A stretch of DNA of 63,769 nucleotides, the filler included, from Octopus bimaculoides (taxonomy: Eukaryota): the NCBI RefSeq assembly GCF_001194135.2. It is 4 parts of 4 records of this genome, joined end to end, with 100 filler letters (N's around TTAATTAATTAA, not from the genome) between each part and the next. Parts side by side here need not be neighbours in the genome. Positions count along the whole stretch, not along the records: positions 60,753 to 62,331 come from NC_068993.1; positions 62,432 to 63,769 come from NW_026404838.1; 2 more parts are not named here. One strand, written 5' to 3'. The notes beneath the pieces are model-generated. The model ran no database searches and was not told the origin of the DNA. It saw nothing but the letters and a program-made list of their open reading frames with translations. Below, piece by piece: positions 60,653 to 63,769 of the stretch. The position numbers and the translations under genes were made by a program. Within the stretch, counting starts at the first letter, position 1; each line of letters starts with the position of its first letter.

Positions 60653-61333
60653 NNNNNNNNNNNNNNNNNNNNNNNNNNNNNNNNNNNNNNNNNNNNTTAA
60701 TTAATTAANNNNNNNNNNNNNNNNNNNNNNNNNNNNNNNNNNNNNNNNNNNNGTAGTGGTGGTGGTGGTGGTGGTGGTGGTGTTGATGGTGGTGGTGGTA
60801 GTGGTGGTAGTGGTGGTGGTGGTGGTGCTGTTGGCGTTAAATATACTAATGGCCATCATGGCAAATTCTGAGAAGCGTTGTTACTATGTAGTTCCGAGTC
60901 GCACCAGAATGACCAGATCTACAGTCAAGGACATTCGTGTCGTGGTTATCCGATCTTAGTTTCAGGACAAGTGTACTTAATGTTATTCTTTATTTTATGA
61001 CCACAGTATCAGACCTTGGATTTCTTAATGTTTGGCCTCGTGACTGGCATGAACGGGTTAGATTTTGGAATCAATCCGATAGCGGACAAGAATTCTGGAT
61101 TATTTTTCTAGTTTTCTTTTTTTTTTTTTTTGTACTTAATTTTTGAGAGCGGTCGGGTTCATTTTTAGTATTCTCATTTGTGAGAGCAGTCAAGTGTATT
61201 TCAGATATTCTCTTTTTAAAAATCATCTCTGGCTAATTGTTGAGAGGATGTTGGTGTTACCTAGGCGGAGGTTTGCGCTTTCCGAGTGCTCTTGTTATTA
61301 TTATTATTATTATCATCATCATCATCATCATCA

Positions 61334-61368
<35 letters not shown>

Positions 61369-61369
<1 letters not shown>

Positions 61370-61545
61370 GCGAGCTGGCAGAATCGTAAGCATGCTGGGC
61401 AAAAGGCTAAGTGGCATTTCGTCTGCCTTTACGTTCTGAGTTCAAATTCCGCCGAGGTAGAAATAGGTACCAGTTCGTCACTGGGATCGATCTAATTGAC
61501 TCATACCCCACACCCGAAATTACTGGCCTGGTACCAAAATTTGAG
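61369..61545 (+). mobile_element. SINE family A copy
   Basis: gcgagctggcagaatcgta...cgttctgagttcaaattccgccgagg. Confidence 0.8.
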
Positions 61546-61573
61546 ACCATTATTACTATTATTATTATTATTA

Positions 61574-61635
<62 letters not shown>

Positions 61636-62144
61636 TGTTATTGTAGTAGTAGTAGTAGTAGTAGTAGTAGTTGTAGTGGCTGTGTTGGTAGAATTAGCAG
61701 TGTAGGTGTCTACGTTCGTAGCTTTTGTTCTGTGGTCTTGCTGTCGATGGTGATGGTGGTCGTGTTGGTGACATTACGGTAACTGTATCGGTATTGTTAG
61801 TCGTTATTGTTACAATGATATTTATGGTGCTCTGGTGTAGGGAACTGGTGGCGCTGGTAGTGGCGTGGTGGCGCTAGTGGGGTGGTGGGGCTAGTGGGGT
61901 GGTGATTAAATTCGTTACCGCCTCTACCAACCCATCGTGCTGTTTTGCCTATTTCTATTATCGGTAGTCGTCTTGATGTTGAATTTGTTGTTGTTGTTGT
62001 GGTGGTGGTGGTGGTGGTTGTGGTGCTGGTTGTTGTGGTGCTGGTTGTTGTGATGGTGGCCACCGCCGTCGTGGTTTTGGTAGCGGTGAGTGTTGGGGTT
62101 TAATATCTTCCAATGTGATGGTCAAATCGAAAACAACGCCTTGA

Positions 62145-62206
<62 letters not shown>

Positions 62207-62431
62207 TTGGTGGTAGTGATGCTGGTAGTAATAAATGTTGTGGACAACGACAGCGGCAGCGGTAGCAGAAGTAGTAGTGGTGGTGGTAGTCGTGGTGGTA
62301 GTCGTGGTGGTGGTGGTGGTGGTGGTGGTGGNNNNNNNNNNNNNNNNNNNNNNNNNNNNNNNNNNNNNNNNNNNNTTAATTAATTAANNNNNNNNNNNNN
62401 NNNNNNNNNNNNNNNNNNNNNNNNNNNNNNN

Positions 62432-62472
<41 letters not shown>

Positions 62473-62639
62473 AATAGTAATGGTTTCAATTTTGGGCTCA
62501 AGACCAGCAATTTCGGGGAGTGGATTACGTCGACCCCCATTGCTCGACTGATACTTATTTTATCGATCCTGAAATCATGAATTATAAATTCAACATTGGT
62601 GGAATAATGATAATAATATTAATAATAATTTCAAACTTT

Positions 62640-62838
62640 TCCACAAAGCCATTTAGGGTTGGGGTGTATGAATCGATTGCCTCGAACCTAGTGTTTCACT
62701 GATACTTAATTTATCGACCCCGATAGGATCAAAGGCAAAGTCGACCACGGTGGAATTTCAACTCAGAACGTAAAGACGGACGAAAAACCGCTAAGCATTT
62801 CGCCCGGCGTGCTAACGGTTCTATCAGCTCGCTGCCTT
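62640..62838 (-). mobile_element. SINE family A copy
   Basis: Reverse complement head and body; followed on the plus strand by (AAT)n. Confidence 0.8.
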
Positions 62839-62869
62839 AATTATAATAATGATGGTGATGATGATAATG

Positions 62870-62950
<81 letters not shown>

Positions 62951-63602
62951 GTAATAATAATAATAATAATAATAAATAATAATTTCCGAGCAGAATCGCT
63001 GTCACCCACGCTTTTCTGCCATGACCTGATCCCGCTAACAAACTTACAGATGCTATCGATAAATAAGAATCCATCTCCGGCTCCTGTGTTTGTTTCAACT
63101 ATAGGCAGAAGGCAACAACCCTGGGGAGGTGGTCGACACCACTGGTTCCACTACATGACTTGTACATAATTCGATTTCAGAGAGACTAAAATAGAGTGGT
63201 TGGTTTCGGTGAGATTTGAAACGGGAACTGAAAGCGCCGGATGAAATCCAGTAACACATTTTCGCCAGTTGTTCCAATGATTCTGCCAGAACATTAAACT
63301 TACGTGCTGAAAATAATACGAAGGGATCCTATAAGTAACGATAATGGTCCCTTGTTTGGCTAATACATGAACTACATACCTAAGCATGAGTGTTGATCAC
63401 TGCCGTCGGAGAGAAATAAACAGTATATTATACAAATGTTTCGTTCGTGTATATTGCAGCACGAAAACTATGTTGTGGATTTCTGTTAAAAATATTACGA
63501 AGAGATTCAAGAATCTAGTAATACTGAGCCTCTTCTTTGGAGTAATATATGAATTACAGATAGATATAGGTGTAGCCCACTGCTTTTCGCTGTCAAATAT
63601 CG

Positions 63603-63769
63603 TGGCACCCCGTCGGTTACGACGACGAGTGTTCCAGTTGAACCGATCAACAGAACAGCCTTCTCGTGAAATTAAGGTGCAAATGGCTGAGCACTCCACA
63701 GACACGTGTATCCTTAACTTAGTTCTCGAGGAGATTCAGCGTGACACAGAGTGTGACAAGGCTGGCCCC
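63603..63769 (-). mobile_element. SINE family D 3' part (runs off the window end)
   Basis: Matches 33803-33965. Confidence 0.85.

Overview
AT-rich, microsatellite- and transposon-dense eukaryotic DNA with several N gaps. The SINE and microsatellite content looks like an octopus genome; that assignment is an inference. Two protein-coding genes can be assembled by hand from splice signals. (1) A 7-exon plus-strand gene (CDS 4590-13538, 453 nt, 150 aa) that the ORF track misses entirely: MKAYILGVISLLVIWTTLANGGTTDATFKCDTIKQERTSNETDDRECFSIMSDSMKTMEELVKGEYNCSYFWSVYLPGHNCSLQYGCGSYFEVFLSSVTCEAPASPTPEVTPTTEKSPENAASRMTPNFSQASSTIAIIIISQLLNNKMF. It has a signal peptide, a six-Cys domain, a Pro/Thr stalk and a GPI-like tail, with a tentative resemblance to vertebrate neuritin/CPG15. 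(2) The last two exons of a convergent minus-strand gene (27342-27151, 26427-26027) encoding a Ser/acidic protein with basic clusters near both ends and no family I recognise. The rest is intronic or intergenic: tRNA-headed SINEs, RTE, Tx1/L1-like, R4/Dong-like and Penelope-like retroelement relics, mariner, pogo/Tigger, hAT and piggyBac-like relics and MITEs, a Helitron-like element, long foldback hairpins and simple repeats. The most unusual non-coding signal is a set of minimal type-I hammerhead ribozyme motifs with three unrelated stem sequences. One sits inside a tRNA-headed SINE-like element present twice (702-921, 20797-20979), and two sit in long foldbacks (14237-14485, 56474-56682). 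No CRISPR, rRNA or genuine tRNA gene was seen. All homology statements come from memory of the families; no searches were run.
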